Source: Saccostrea echinata
Lineage: Eukaryota
Length of the DNA: 64,000 nucleotides
Assembly (NCBI RefSeq): GCF_033153115.1
Contig: NW_026889761.1
Span: 5,394,001 to 5,458,000 of the forward strand
Direction of reading: 5' to 3'
Position 1 is the first letter of the stretch. The number at the start of each line of letters is the position of its first letter. Below the pieces are notes generated by a model that was not told the origin of the DNA, made no database searches, and saw only the letters and a program-made list of their open reading frames with translations. The position numbers and the translations under genes are program-made. Below, in pieces: positions 26,635 through 40,900 of this stretch.

Positions 26635-27480
26635 GTAGAAGTTTTTAAATAAAATCTGCTTCATATAAATATAAAAACAGGTCTGCTACATGTAATATCA
26701 GGGCGAAATTAGTACCAATGGGATATCCAACAGATTGTTGGATGACCAGATCTCCAAAAACTTCATATATATTGTCAATCAGAAACTCAAGCATATTATT
26801 AAATCAACTTCAGAGTAATTGATTGATTGTTGTTGTTTCACCTCACATTCGAGAATTATTCATATAGAGACGTCACCATGTAACGGTGAAGGGCTTCAAA
26901 TTTAGACATTTACTCGGCACTCAGGGCCATTGAGCAGTGAGTGATATTAAATTAATTTACCGTTCCAACGCTTGTCGTGACAGACACGGAGCCTCGGTTT
27001 TGAAGTTCTCATCCCCGAAAAACCCACAACTTTCACTTCAAAATGCCACGCTATTGGCGAAGGAACAGTTGCTACCTAATTATATCGACTTAGATCAGTC
27101 GCGGCCGGGGATTGAACCCACGACCTTCTGATCACGGAGCTAGAGCTCTACCGACTGAGCTTCCGTGACGGTTCGGAGTACTAGTATGTAGAATCAAAAT
27201 GTTTTGTATTAATTTGTATCAAAGTAAGTCTGCAGATGACCAATAACAAAGAAAAATTCCGAGTAAAACCATTCTTATGAAAAAGCTGCTTCCTATGATG
27301 TCAAAAAAAACCTAGTGTTAAATTAATCGTGGGGAATGGTTGTATAAAGTGTGTATTGAAAAAATCGTATGTTTTGATGCTATTGATTTTGGAAAAAAAT
27401 TGTGATTTCAAATTTTCTAAATTAAAGTTCCTTGTTTTAAGTATCCATATCTGATTAACACCACTTCCCGAATATGATGA
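26635..27480 (-). mobile_element. Second degenerate copy of the same RT family, interrupted by a SINE
   Basis: Remnants SGVNQIWIL, IKTYDFS..TLYTTIPHD, VG.PIGTN; colinear with 24840-25590. Confidence 0.7.
26818..27171 (-). mobile_element. tRNA-derived SINE
   Basis: Minus-strand A box agctcagtcggtagag and B box ggttcaatcc; (caat)n tail; flanked by ttcagagta/ttcggagta (9-bp TSD, 1 mismatch). Confidence 0.85.
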
Positions 27481-29458
27481 ATATGCAAGTAAACGTAGAA
27501 GAAAACTAATAACATTCCATAACTATATATCATAAGTTTTTAATTATATTTTTCATATTTATTTCATTTTGCTGCATTTACATGAGTGTAATTTTCTTAG
27601 ACAAAATACATGTATATGTAGTTCAAAGAATGGATAAATGTTTAGGATGACCTTACTAACGGGAAACCGTCCGAAAGTGTTCTAATTCAAAGACATTGGT
27701 ATTTTTCCCTTTCAATTTCTCGTTTTTATTTACTTATTTTCACGAAAATAACCACTGTAATAAATATAAAACTATGGTTAATATTTTTTTAAGAAAGTGG
27801 GTATCTGATCCATGGTGAATCCACCATTTTATTCATTTTGTTTCATACATGTATATTGACAACACCATCATACATTGGCATATATTCATGAATACAACAA
27901 ACAGTTTAACATACATCAAAATATCTAATTAACTAACATGCATTTACTGTAGTCCTATGTGTGTATATCAGTTATGTTGTAGTCTTTCCTTTCTGACATC
28001 AAAACAATTCTATATAGAGGTTTATACTCTGGAGAATATATATAAATCAGAGAAACTAGATTTCTCAATTCAAGATTATGCAAAAGAAAGTCACACCTGG
28101 AAGAAAACGGAAAACTTTACCTTTTACAATATTTCTAGTTCTTTTTTTTTTCATTTCCAGAACATTTTATCGAATGATATTAAGTTTTGACGAATATTTA
28201 ATGGTTGTGGGGAGACATCAGTCTGTTTTTTTTCTACAAAAAAGTGAAAACTTTGTGACATGTTAAAGAAAATTAAATGTAAATTGCTACATGAAATTAT
28301 TTTTTTAAAAATGTAAAACTTTTCACACATACTAGTTTTATTTTGCATATCAGCATTTTAACAGATAAACAAAATTAAAAGATGTTTTTTTTGAGGTACT
28401 AGGTTAATCGTATGTCTTATCATTTCACAAAGATTTTGTTCTAGTCTTTCAGTAGACCTATATTGTCTATTGATCGAAATAACATGTGTAAAATGACACT
28501 CATAAAAAGATCTAAATCAAATAAAAGGTACAACCTAGAGAGATATAAATTCTTAAGCCATTACAGGTGTGCATTAATTAATCAGACCGGGTAATACATC
28601 TCTTAATTCACTATAAAATATGAATAATGATTTTGGTCATGATAAGTAATGAAGGTTAATCTGTTGTAAACCGTCAGCCATTGTTCACGACATTCGAAAG
28701 TGCAGTTCACAGAGACCTTTAATTAAAACACAGGGCTATTTTACTTATTTGCTCTCCTTGCGGTGCGCTCTATAATAAAACCTTTGTGTCATTTTAACAA
28801 ATAGTTCAAACTCGAGGCATGGCACTTTTTTTTTAAAAAAATCTTAATTACATATATGTATTCTGACACAGAGCCTTAGCTACCACTTTCAGATGAGAAC
28901 AATATTTCTACATGACACAGAGAAGTGTTTTACTTGGAATCCTAACATACAGGTTACAAAGGTATTCCACAGACTGAACGAGATAACAACTTGTATTTTC
29001 TCTTGTAGAAGACAATACACACTGTCTTAATGTTTTCTGACAAAACACGTTATTAGAGACTTACAATGACTTAGTTCAATCAATAAATCTACCTGGCAGG
29101 TAAAAATTCCTTTGCTGTGCTACACAAATCATTGTCCAATTCTGTTAACTATTCTACACATGTGTAGATAACAAATGATTCTTCTGTCTCTTTGGTTTTG
29201 TTTTTAAATTCCACAATTGTTTCAAATTTTAGTAAACAAAATCTCGATGTAAAATTTTTATAATTTTTGTTCACTTGTCATATTAAAAACAGAACTTTTT
29301 TATATATATATATATGATAGTTTGTAATACACTTGCGTTCTAGGCACAAAAATGAAAATGTTCTTATTATTTTATCCCATCAATCAGCACACTATATAAA
29401 GTCTCTAACACACCGTAACATGAATCAGAACGCTATATAAAGTCTATATAAAGTAACA

Positions 29459-29938
29459 TCAATCAAAATATACCCCGAAACAAGCTGCTACGGCAAAGAT
29501 TGTTCTATTACTGTAGGAGGCGCAGGCAAAGCTGTCACAGTGTTGATCCCACAAGCACCTGCTTCCCATCTGTACAGCCTGGTTCTTATTCTGACCCAGC
29601 ACCACCTGCACCACATACTTATATCGGGGCCACCCCAGCTCCTGGATCGCTCTTCTGATGTCGTTGGCCAGATCCGTCGTTAGCGAACTTCCTATAGAGT
29701 CTTTATATTTTGGAGATTCAAGTGTCGTTCGAAGAATTCGTTTCATTTCTTCTTCCACTATGTAACTTTTGAATCTTTTACCTTCATCTGGTTGTAGTTG
29801 ATATGTATTTTCTATTCGGATTCCTTCATGATGTATTAGTTTATCCGAGGCTACCGAATAATTGTCTGACACAAGTCCGGACTTTCCCGGTTTGGGTCCT
29901 TTACCCATCCTTTTCTTTGATTTTAACAGTGTGTCCAT
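29459..29938 (-). CDS. Tctex1 domain-containing dynein light chain (TCTEX1D1/DYNLT5-like), intronless CDS
   Basis: 159 aa; ENTYQLQP, PRYKYVVQVVLGQ, SRCLWD..D.FA..SY.N..IFAVAACFGVY are Tctex-1 family motifs. Confidence 0.93.
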   Translation of the reverse strand: MDTLLKSKKRMGKGPKPGKSGLVSDNYSVASDKLIHHEGIRIENTYQLQPDEGKRFKSYIVEEEMKRILRTTLESPKYKDSIGSSLTTDLANDIRRAIQELGWPRYKYVVQVVLGQNKNQAVQMGSRCLWDQHCDSFACASYSNRTIFAVAACFGVYFD

Positions 29939-30589
29939 TGTATTAATTGAAGTTAAATAAGCAGAATCAAATTCAATATTGCACCAAAGACCTACACAAC
30001 TGCGTAGAACAGGACAGTTACATAATCTTCACTCCTAGCTGATTGATCCCACTGGGGGAAAGGCTTAAGTCCCTCGCTACAGAGAATATCGCAATCCACG
30101 TCTACCCAAACAACAGCACGCGAATAATTAAATCACTTTCCGGTATCTATACAAAGCGATTGCATTTAAAGTTTCTACCAGAGAATAGCCGAGCCTCCTA
30201 ATCCACTAATCCGTACCGCGTTAAGTTATTCCTAAGTTCGTGCACTATGTATCCAAATACAGACATCCATTAACTGGATTTTACCCACAGGACGTAAATT
30301 CACTCGATCTTTTAATAATGTTCGCTTCATTTAAATCTATTAGATTCTATTTTTATTTCAGTACAAATGTGTATTGTTCACAGGCCATAGATTATGTGAT
30401 CATACAATGCTTTCAATAATCAGTTTTTTTTTTTTTTGTTTTTTTTTGTTTTTTTTTTTACGAAAACTGTAGTTTACAATCATATAAGAATGATTAACTT
30501 TTCGAAGAAAGGTCAAGAATCCGGGATTTCTGCTTTGCCAAAATTTTCCAGTTTCCATATTTATAAAAAAAAATATATTCAGATCTATG

Positions 30590-31082
30590 ATTATACATAT
30601 TAATTTGCAAGCATCTAAATATAGTGCAGATTCATATATATATGTTCAAATCATGGCCCCTGGGGCTAGGGTGTGGCTAAAATAAATATTCAAAATTTTA
30701 CAGGGGAATATATTTCGAGATTAGCATCTAGCGTTGCTAAATCTTATTGGTATGAAAAGATTCCCACATTATGTGGTTTCAAGTTTGTTCATATGTGGGC
30801 ACTGGGTGAGGCTAAAATTTGTGATGAAATGTATATGTATTCAGGGGGGAAATCTGTTAAAAAAATTCTTCTTCAAAACAACAAAGCCATTGTTTTCATA
30901 TTGATATCAGAACCTTCATGTGGTATGGATTCAAGCTTGGTTAAGTAATGATCTCTTGGGGTAGAATGAGACTATGATATGGTGTCAATTTGTTTTTTTT
31001 TTCATGGGAATTTAGACGGGAAAATCTGATGTATAGGGTACAGGTGACTCGGGTGAGCATTGTGGCCCTTGATCTCTTGGTT
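30590..31082. mobile_element. Degenerate Helentron-like element
   Basis: Terminus gtgactcgggtgagcattgtggcccttgatctcttggtt is the reverse of the family end at ~45709; internal tcatggcccctggggctaggg units. Confidence 0.55.
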
Positions 31083-32041
31083 TCTTTTTCAGGTGAACAT
31101 TGCCTATTGTTAGTTTCATTTTTATTTCATCTTCCTGAATACTTTTCAAAAAGAATTAAATTCTTCCTGCATAATGTATAATTTAAGCAATAATTACATT
31201 CACGTGATGCTATCAGTAGATTAAAGTCTGGTGCTTGATATAACTGATATATATAATATGAGTGTGTATTTATCAAATATTTTGTCACATACTTCGTTTT
31301 TAAGTGCTGTTGACGACAAATATACATGAGGGCAACTACACTCAAGTTATCTTTTCTGCAAGTAGATATACGTATGGACATATACTAGAAAACACGAAAA
31401 ATAAACTTAAGCAGTTGGAATATTTGGAGGTGGAAAATCTAGATCATCAGATGTACAGGTGTGTATTACTAGTACTCTTTCAATATATTTACATAAGAAC
31501 TAGTTTTATGGTTACCGAGAGAGAGAGAGAGAGAGGTGGTTTGGGGTTTGAGTAGGTGGTCACATTTACAAATATCATTTATCCTTTGTTTTGACAAATA
31601 TTATAATTTTGAATTTTTCCCGTTTTAATTAAGTCGTACAATTGATAATTTCATATTGCTTTACTTATTGCTCATCTTTAAACGAAAATCGATTAATAGA
31701 AATTATATGTACATGTAGCCAATGGACAAAATCTGCATTTTGGGAGAATCTTAGTATTTGATTAAATTATTTATTGCTTCAACATTACCTCCTATAGCAT
31801 ATTCATAAAAAAGAAATAAAAATTGGAGAACTGGTCAGATCAAATCATATATGTAAAGATAAAACTTTTAAAGCTGTTACATCAAGAAATTCAAGAAAAC
31901 GCAACAATTCCATATTTCTAGTTCAAGTAAAATCATTATGTAAATGAAGAATAGAACCTCTTTTAACGTGACACCTTCGTAATTTGTTGTATTTCTTAAA
32001 GAACTTGTTACATTCACTTAATTCTTGGATTAAAATTATGA

Positions 32042-32045
<4 letters not shown>

Positions 32046-32087
<42 letters not shown>
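32046..32087. repeat. (GA)n microsatellite
   Basis: Direct read; others at 18480-18507 (GA) and 24180-24205 (GT). Confidence 0.95.
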
Positions 32088-32091
<4 letters not shown>

Positions 32092-33446
32092 GTGTCGGGT
32101 AATTTTTTTTTTTTTTTGCTTCCAACATGTTAACATTATTTGAAGGACTTATCGCATGTTTATCAATTAATTGATATTAAAAGCATATTACGTTCACAAT
32201 GATCATGGTTTATAAAACTTTGCGTTTTTACTGGGGATATACCGCGGAAATTAAACACTTAGCTATACTTATAAATTAATGAATTTTGCAAATAAACTTT
32301 GAAACGCCTGCACCAGAGTTCCTTCTTAATCCTCTAATGGTACACTAGGTATCAGATGATGTCCGTAAACTTTATTTTCATTCGCACACTAATTATCGTA
32401 AATTTAATCAAAAGTCTACTTTCATTTTCAATAAACAGCCGTGAAATAGCAGAAAAAAGAGAGTACGGTGGTGGTTATGGTTGGCGGATCTAAGTTAGTA
32501 GCAATTTTTAATGAAACTTACGACAAGCAATCGTTAAATTATTTGACAAAATGTTAATGAATTATTCAATAAAAACTTGATTTTAGTAATACAGAAAAAA
32601 GTAATGATTACTGAATAAAAACATAAAAGATATCGGACCTTATATTTTTAAACTGCCAGCAACAGAAAATCCGCAAAATCTGTCAACATTCGTAAAAAAG
32701 CAGCGAAGATAGAGAGGGAGACGCGGCGAAGACGAAGAAACTCGCCTCACAATACAATTTGATTTTTCATCTTATCACACACAGTGGCGGATTCAAGGGG
32801 GGGGGGGGGGTCAGGAACACCCCACACCTTCCCCCCGCTCAGGGATGAAATCTTTTCCCCCCTTGAACGCACACAATATACACAGGTAATCAACAGTATA
32901 GAGGGTGGTAGAGAGCACAGGTACTTGGGGGCTGGAACCCTGGGCTCAATACTAATACACAAATCTTTGAAGCAGTACATGCATATATAGCAGCAACAAA
33001 ACGTTTTACTTGAACACTGTCATGTAAATGTATGTAATTTTTTTGTCACTTTTTCCAAACCGGTACTTCATTGTATTGTTTTCCATCTTTTTCCTTGCAT
33101 TTTTATTAAATGTTTGTTTAATTTATGTTATGCAGTTTATTTACCTTGATCTTTCTGTAGGGAGAGGGCTAAAATAGGCTATGCCTGCTGCCTAATCCCA
33201 TTCACTTCATGTGAATAAAATTATGTATAATAAAAAAAATGTATTGAACAGTATTCCTTGTGTAGATAGAAATAACAATGTAATAAACTTTTTAAAAGCA
33301 AAAGATCTGCAAACATTAATAAAAATGCAGTTTAATGATGTTCAATAAAATCCAATTAACGGTTACAACTTTGTGTAATAAATTGAGGTAAAACTATATG
33401 TTGATATATGTGCAAAGGAGGCTTTGTCAAAGCAAGAATTGGTCAC

Positions 33447-34322
33447 TTTTTTTTGCCCCCGTATCGAAGATTCTGGGGTATATAGTTTTTGCCCTGTCCG
33501 TCAGTCTGTCTGTCCGTCTAGCTGTCTGTCTGTCTGTTTGTCCGCAAAAACTTTAACATTGCTCATAACATTTGATTGGTTGGAACTATGGCTTTCATAT
33601 TTCACATGTGTATACCTTGTGACAAGACGTTTCTTTAGATACCATCATATTTGACCTTTTGACCTTGGTGTTTGACCCAGTTTTACAAAATCTTTCCCAA
33701 CTTTAACCTTGGTCATAACTTTTGAACGGTTGATGCTAGAGCTTTCATACTTCACTTGTGTAATCCCTGTGAAAAGACCTTCCTTTGGATACCAACAACT
33801 TTGACCCTTTGAACTTGACTTTGAAGTTTGCCCTACTTTTGGAAAACTTTAACCTTGGCTATTTCTTTTGAACAGTTGGTTCTAGGGCTTTCATTCTTCA
33901 TATATGCAATCCTTGTGACAAGACCTTACTTAGAATACCAACAACTTTGACCCTTTGACCGGGACTTTGGAGTTTGACCTTCTTTTGAAAAAAATTAACC
34001 TTGGCCATATCTTATAAACAGTTGTGCTAGGACTTTCATATTTCACATGTGTATTTCTTGTGAGAAGGCCTTTCCCTGGGTACCATTAATTTTGACCTTG
34101 ACCTTGATGTTTGACTTACCGGTACTTTTGAAAAACTTTAACATTTTCCATATCTTTTCAATGGTTGCCGCTAGGGCTTTCATATTTCATAGGTATATTC
34201 CTCGATACAAGACCTTACTTTGGGAACCAACATATTTGATTTGCATTTGAAAAAGTTTAACCTTCAATATAAGTTGCCATACGGGGACCGGGGACATCAG
34301 TGTTTCACAAACACATCTTGTT
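33447..34322 (+). mobile_element. Apparently complete HINE/DINE-like non-autonomous Helentron
   Basis: T-rich insertion site, 5' ccccg...gggg hairpin, (GTCY)n microsatellite, ~146-bp tandem units (33701, 33847, 33993), 3' hairpin gtgtttcacaaacac. Confidence 0.85.
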
Positions 34323-35566
34323 ATCAATTGTTTTTCAAGACTTTTCCCCAAAATATCAGGTCGGTAGATCGGTAACAAAATAAAATTAAAGAGTGCATTT
34401 ATACAAGAATTTATAGGTACCCCCCTCCCATTCAAAAAAAAAAAAAAATAAAAATAAGTTGCTAGAAATATCAAAATATTGGCTACATATTGTTGTTGTA
34501 CTCATCAGTATACATCAATGGTGAAGAAAATTTGTTTTATGTTTCAATGCACAAAAACATCATAATGAATAATTTATGCTTTACTTATTGTCTATTTTTA
34601 GCCAAAACCGCTTTAAATACATATGTCAGGATGGCCGATAATCAAGTAAGTAATCCAGTGTATAAAATATATATAATTATATTATTTACACATCGAAGCA
34701 CAGTAAATACAATTTTCTCATTTTCTTTATCACTTTGTGGATCAAACATAAAATCTGTAATACCATATATAATTATTGTTGTTGTCTGATACGTCTAACG
34801 GTTGATACCGGTAAGCTCGTGGGACAATCTGTTGTGATCGACAGAGCAGAGTCTGAAAATGCAACCGTGCTTTTTTGTTTCGTTTTGTTTTGTTTTCTGT
34901 AAATCTCATCTTAGCAGTTAGGGAAAATTTAGACATTTTTCTTAAATCCACAAACACTTGAGACGCACGGGCCTTCACATTCTTGAACTAAGTTAATCAG
35001 TAATTATGGGTCGTAAAATATTGTATATACGTATTCGTTAACATAATCAAATTCGAGAACTATGGTATCGTCGCAAGTCTCGTTGTCTGCTACAAAATTC
35101 GCTCGTTCTCATTAATATTAATGACGCATATTCAACTAATGCAATAATGATCTGACGCTCTCAAGAAACCTCTTGTCCAATAAGAAGATCCTTGTATCCT
35201 TTATCTGGATGTAACGATAACCACGAGCTTCGGTTCAAATTAATTCTTTTTCCAAACAAGTAACGCTGTTCAGCTTTTTCACACAAAATATGCATGCAAA
35301 CCCCTATCTTTTTAAAGCTATGTAAGTATTTAATAATATATTTTACAGGCGAACGTTAACATGAATTCATTTTGAGCGCCACCATGTAAACGTACCCAAA
35401 ATTGCTGCAGATTTATTTCATCGGTCAAGATAAATGTGACATCATGTGATAAATTTCAGTGATTCGTTCACGGAGAACGAAAAAAAAAATTTCAGTATTC
35501 AGCCACTGGTTTGTAGAAATAGAATGGGCAAAAAATCCGTGGCTTGCGACTATGGCGCTATGTTTA

Positions 35567-35949
35567 TAGGAATGGGTATCACCAAAATTTCGTATCGCGA
35601 TATATTACGATGTTCCCCCCAAATATCATGATAATATCATGATATTTTTACAAGCAAATTTTACAATGATTTTAAATAAATATTCATTATTTTTCCTAAA
35701 AATATGCTGGAAAAACATAACTTCACTTTTTCTTTCATTTTTTATTTACATAATATAAAACACGTTTAGATGTTACAATGCCTTTTACCGTTTTCAACAT
35801 TTTTTGCACTTCCTGTACCTGTAATTTGAAAGATTGAACAAATAAACGAACAATTTCTGGAATTTATAACTATGTGCCTGAATACCGGTATTTTAGTCTC
35901 CGTATCACGATACGTATCACGCAATTAAAAATCACATTGCAGATTCCTA
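35567..35949. mobile_element. hAT-type MITE with 8-bp TSD
   Basis: TAGGAAT...ATTCCTA termini; TATGTTTA at 35559-35566 and 35950-35957. Confidence 0.85.
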
Positions 35950-36004
35950 TATGTTTAACAGTTTCATTTTAATACAGATTAGATACTAGTAATTTTCTTC
36001 AGTA

Positions 36005-36800
36005 CTGTAGATTCCTTATTTTTCGCGAGTACTTATTATCGCGAAATGGCTCTTGAGCGTCAAATCGCGAGAAAAATAATTCGCGAGTAGACAGTTCATC
36101 AAGAGATTTTACATTGATTTCAGCACCATTAAAATAAAAGCGAGTAATTTTATTTCGCGAGTGGTGCTTCTCGCGAAAGAAGAAGGTACGGTTTTAGTTT
36201 TATTCTGCCCTAAAAATCTAATGTTTTCAAAAAGTTTTGAAACTGGCTTAAATATTAGTTGAGTATATGACTGTGATAAATCAGGAAAGAATATGGCATG
36301 AAGGAGTACCATTCTGGAAATATGACATCATCAATTTAATTCATTTCTCTATTTTAAACAGAAAATGCCTCAAAATGACTCATTTCAAGGGTTATTTTCA
36401 ATAAGAAAATAGTGTCCACAGCTGTCGCCCACTTTAATTTTTGGATATGTTGTGTAAAATTCTTTGAAAAATCACATATCTCAAAATCTTTGTGGGCGAT
36501 GGCTGTGGACAATATTATCTGAAAGAAAATTCCATTGAAAATTGGTGTCTTCTGCATCTTTTTAAGAAAATACGGGAAATTGCACAAGTTTATGACGTCA
36601 CAATTAGCATTTAGAAGATCATGAGAGAAAAATGATTTGTATGATCTTTCTGCATAGAATTTCAATGATTCAGAAAGCATGAGTTTTAATTTTTCACATC
36701 ACTTTCATTTTTAAGAAAAACACAGGGCAAGAATTGTATTGAAACCGTACCTTGTTCTTACTCGATAATTAATTCCTCGCGTATAATTAGGAATCTACAG
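36005..36800. mobile_element. Tc1/mariner MITE with a nested TIR element (36183-36753)
   Basis: TA|CTGTAGATTCCT ... AGGAATCTACAG|TA with tcgcga repeats; inner AAGGTACGGTTT/AAACCGTACCTT inverted termini. Confidence 0.8.
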
Positions 36801-36860
36801 TAATTGAAACTAATTAATTAATTAATATATGAAGCGTATACTTAAAAAAATTTGGCATAG

Positions 36861-37868
36861 TTGAGCGAATCAGACAGTCATGACCATATTCCGCTGCATG
36901 CATCAGGTCTATCCATTCCATTTGCTGCTCTCTTTATTGTTGGTGAAATAGCCGGTACTGGGGTGCTGGCCCTCCCTAAGGCCATCGACGACTCAGGTTG
37001 GTAGAGCTATTTGTTTAACAGTTCATAAAAACGTAATAGAGTTCTAAATATATTTTTCCTGACATAGCATAGTTTGGCTAGCATTGCAAAGAGATTTTCA
37101 CGCTCTAGGTTGGATTGGCCTCGTTTTGATTGTTGCATGCGCTCTCTTATCATCATACACGGGGAGCATTCTGGGACAGGCATGGCTAATTGTGAGAGAA
37201 AGATACCCAGAGTACAAGAGGCATTGTCCAAATCCATACCCGGTGCTAGGAGAGAAGACTTTCGGAAAGAAAGGAAGGTTAAAAGAAAATTAATAAATCG
37301 AAATGTATAGTACAATTTTACATTCATTTGGAGTGCAAAGAATTAATTACTTCATTTATTCGTATTATTTTTTGTTATAATGATATTAAGGATTTGTCGG
37401 TATTTCCATCGATTACATTTATATGTACCAATCATGGTATTTATGACTTGTCATTGTTGCTAACGATTTACATTTATATGTACAAATCATTGTATTAATG
37501 ACCTGGTGTTTCTAATAATTTCATTATATTCACATGCATATTGTCATCTTATAATTACTAGTAAACTAATCTTTTCATAAACAGAAAGGTATTTTTACTG
37601 AAAACAGCACATTTTTACCATATAGTTTATCAGTATTCTCCGTACTTTGATTGTAGATATGTGGTCTCCTTCTCCATTAATTTTACTATGTTTGGGGTGG
37701 CTGTAGTATTTCTGCTCCTGGCAGCAGAAAACATAGAGGATTTGATAGAGGACTGGACTGACACCGATTTATCCTTCTGTATCTGGCTGGTCATTCTAGC
37801 CGCCTGTATCTGTCCTTTAACATGGCTTGGAACGCCAGTCGATTTCTGGTAAGATGTTTAAAGGGCTG

Positions 37869-37927
<59 letters not shown>

Positions 37928-40900
37928 CACTAAAAATGACCAACGACACGAACAATAATAATTGTCAAATTTTCGGGACAACCTGTCCCTTCCTCAGGAC
38001 AAAGAAAAAAGTTAAGAAGTCATAAAAACAAAGGAAATAGAGAAGCAAAAACAACTAGCACTACTACTAAACTACCAAACACTAAATATTTACAAGGTTA
38101 CATGTTTAATTTGGAGTTTATAAACAGTTGTGAACAAAGAAATCCGGAGCGCTATGAATTGCGTCCGGTCTATCGGGTGTACTCGGTGAAGTGTGATTTA
38201 CATAATTGAACGAATTAATTATCGCTAATTAATTACGGCCAACAGTAAATCGTACATTGTCTTATTCTCTCAAAATAGCGTAACTCTACATGATAAAAAG
38301 AAATTAAAGAAAGATAATATGGAAGAACAATTTTGAAATATGAATTTGGATATATTATAAATTTGGAAATCGGAAAAAAGAAATAAACAAAAATGTGAGC
38401 TGTAAATATTTGGGTAGGTTGTTCCAGGATTATTAATACGAATTAACGGTAAAGTTTACGCTATATAGAGAGAATGAACTTGTTTGTTACAATTCGGGAT
38501 TGGGTCTAGTTCACGTTCATTCTGGTGAAGTCATTAAGTTTGTTAATACCATTAGGGCGGAATGACTTCAGCCTGTGCATCCAGAACTTTTCCTTGCCTT
38601 TTCTCTGCGCGTCTGTCCATCTTGGATTATGGTCAATAACCACTACTGTCATGTCCTCCCATTTGTGACCTTCAAGGTTGAAATGTTCCCCAACGGTTCA
38701 AGCGCTTAACGACAATCGCGAGGGACGGACCCTCACAAACTCCTGACGTCTGCCCAGTGCTCAATAGATCTAGTGTTCCTCTCTCCGAATCGGAGACCTC
38801 ACTTCTTTCCAAGGGGCTAAATTTCTGTCCCACGCCACATGAGGTCGACGAAAAACAAGTCAGAGAGGACACCCGAGCTTTCTTTCGGAGACTTCGGTTG
38901 AAGGAGCATTTTTCTAGAAAAAACTCCGAAGTTGACTCATATGACTCTTCTCAGCCACAATTGCACGACCTAGAGGAACACAAACTCTATCGGCCAAAAA
39001 GTGACTGGGAACCTGCACCGGGCAAATGCGGAGCCCTTGAGTCGTATATTGACGCCGTGGAGTCAGACATAGAGAAACTCCTTTCAATGCCAGACAAGGC
39101 TCCCGACAATTTGAGTAAGGAAGAGAGATCCGCCTTACAATCATTAAAGAATCGGGATGACATTGTAATCAAGAAAGCAGACAAAGGCTCTACAGTAGTA
39201 GTGCTTGACAAAGAGACGTACATGGCGGAGGCCCATAGACAACTCTCAGACGAACGTTTCTATAAGAAACTGGACTCTGACCCCACTAAAGAATTCTCCA
39301 CCGCCATCACCAAAACTCTTGACGAAATGTTTGAGAAAAACGAGATTGGTATCAACGTCTATGAGACACTCAATCCTATTGACTGTAGACCAGGACAATT
39401 TTATCTGCTTCCTAAGATACACAAAGAAGGTATGCCAGGTCGCCCTATAGTTAGCGCTATTGGACACCCCACGGAGAAAATTTCTGAATACATCGATTTA
39501 CATCTCCGTCCACACGTAGAGAATTTGCCATCCTATCTCAAGGACACCACGGACTACATCAACAAGACGCCCTCTACTGGCCTTCCAGATCATACCCTTC
39601 TCGTGACTATGGACGTCACATCTTTGTACACCAATATTCCGCACGATGAGGGTATCGAAGCCTGTAGAGAAGTCTGGGATAGTAGATCCATACAAATTCC
39701 TTCTACCGAGTCCCTTGCCAAGCTCCTTGAACATGTTCTCAAGTATAACAACTTCATGTTTAATGGAGAACATTACCTGCAGGTTAATGGCACTGCTATG
39801 GGTACGAAAATGGCACCATCTTATGCCAATATTTTCATGGGCAGACTGGAACGCAACTTGCTCTTTCAAGCACCATTTAGGCCCCTTAGCTGGTTGCGTT
39901 TCATTGACGATATAGAGATGAAGTGGGTGGAATGTCGCGAGAGCCTCGAGGCATTCATTTCGTTCGCCAACACCTTTCATCAGTCTATCAAATTTACAGT
40001 AGACGTATCTAATTCGAAAAACATATTCCTAGATACTACATCTACCCTGACTGATGGTGAAATCGAGTTCAGTCTCCACACGAAACCCACAGATTCCCAT
40101 CTGTATCTTATGCCAACTAGCTGTCATCCCCCACACACATTTAAGGGTGTGCCTAAGGGTCTAGCCACCAGAATTCGGCGCATCTGTTCATCCCCTGCCT
40201 TATATCAAGAACAAAGCGGTCTCCTTAAGTCCCACTTATGCAAGAGAGGCTACAATGCCCGCACCGTACAAACTGCTATTGATGAGATGGCGGGACATGA
40301 CAGGCAAAACCTATTACGCTACAAGGAAAAAGACAATAGCGGCAGGGTCCCTCTGGTAACCACATACCATCCCGTCCTTAAGAACCTCAGCGGTATCCTT
40401 CAAAAGAATCTGCCAATTCTCCACTCAAATAAACGAATGACAGAGGTCTTTAAGGAGCCCCCATTGGCTGCATACAGGCGCCCGAGGAACCTGAAGGACA
40501 TGGTAGTAAGAACCAGATTGGACAATCCATTACCTAACGGGGGCTTTAAAACTTGCTCTGACAGAAGATGTCTTCTCTGTAAGTACAGCTCTGACACAGA
40601 CAGTTTTAACAGCCCCGTTACAGGCCGCAGCTACAAAATACTAGGGAATTTGTCCTGTCAAACAGACAACTGCATTTATCTCATCAGCTGCAAAGTTTGC
40701 TCCAAACAGTATGTTGGTGAAACAGGAGATCTCCGCAGGAGAGTCAATAATCACCGTTCTACCATTAGGACCAAAAAACTCAATGAACCCGTTGGGGAAC
40801 ATTTCAACCTTGAAGGTCACAAATGGGAGGACATGACAGTAGTGGTTATTGACCATAATCCAAGATGGACAGACGCGCAGAGAAAAGGCAAGGAAAAGTT

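Noticed and set aside
27095-27171. Functional tRNA gene
   Set aside because: It is the head of a SINE with body, tail and TSD.
36828-36865. ATG at ~36829 as the transporter start
   Set aside because: It hits TGA after 11 codons and is out of frame with the transporter exon.
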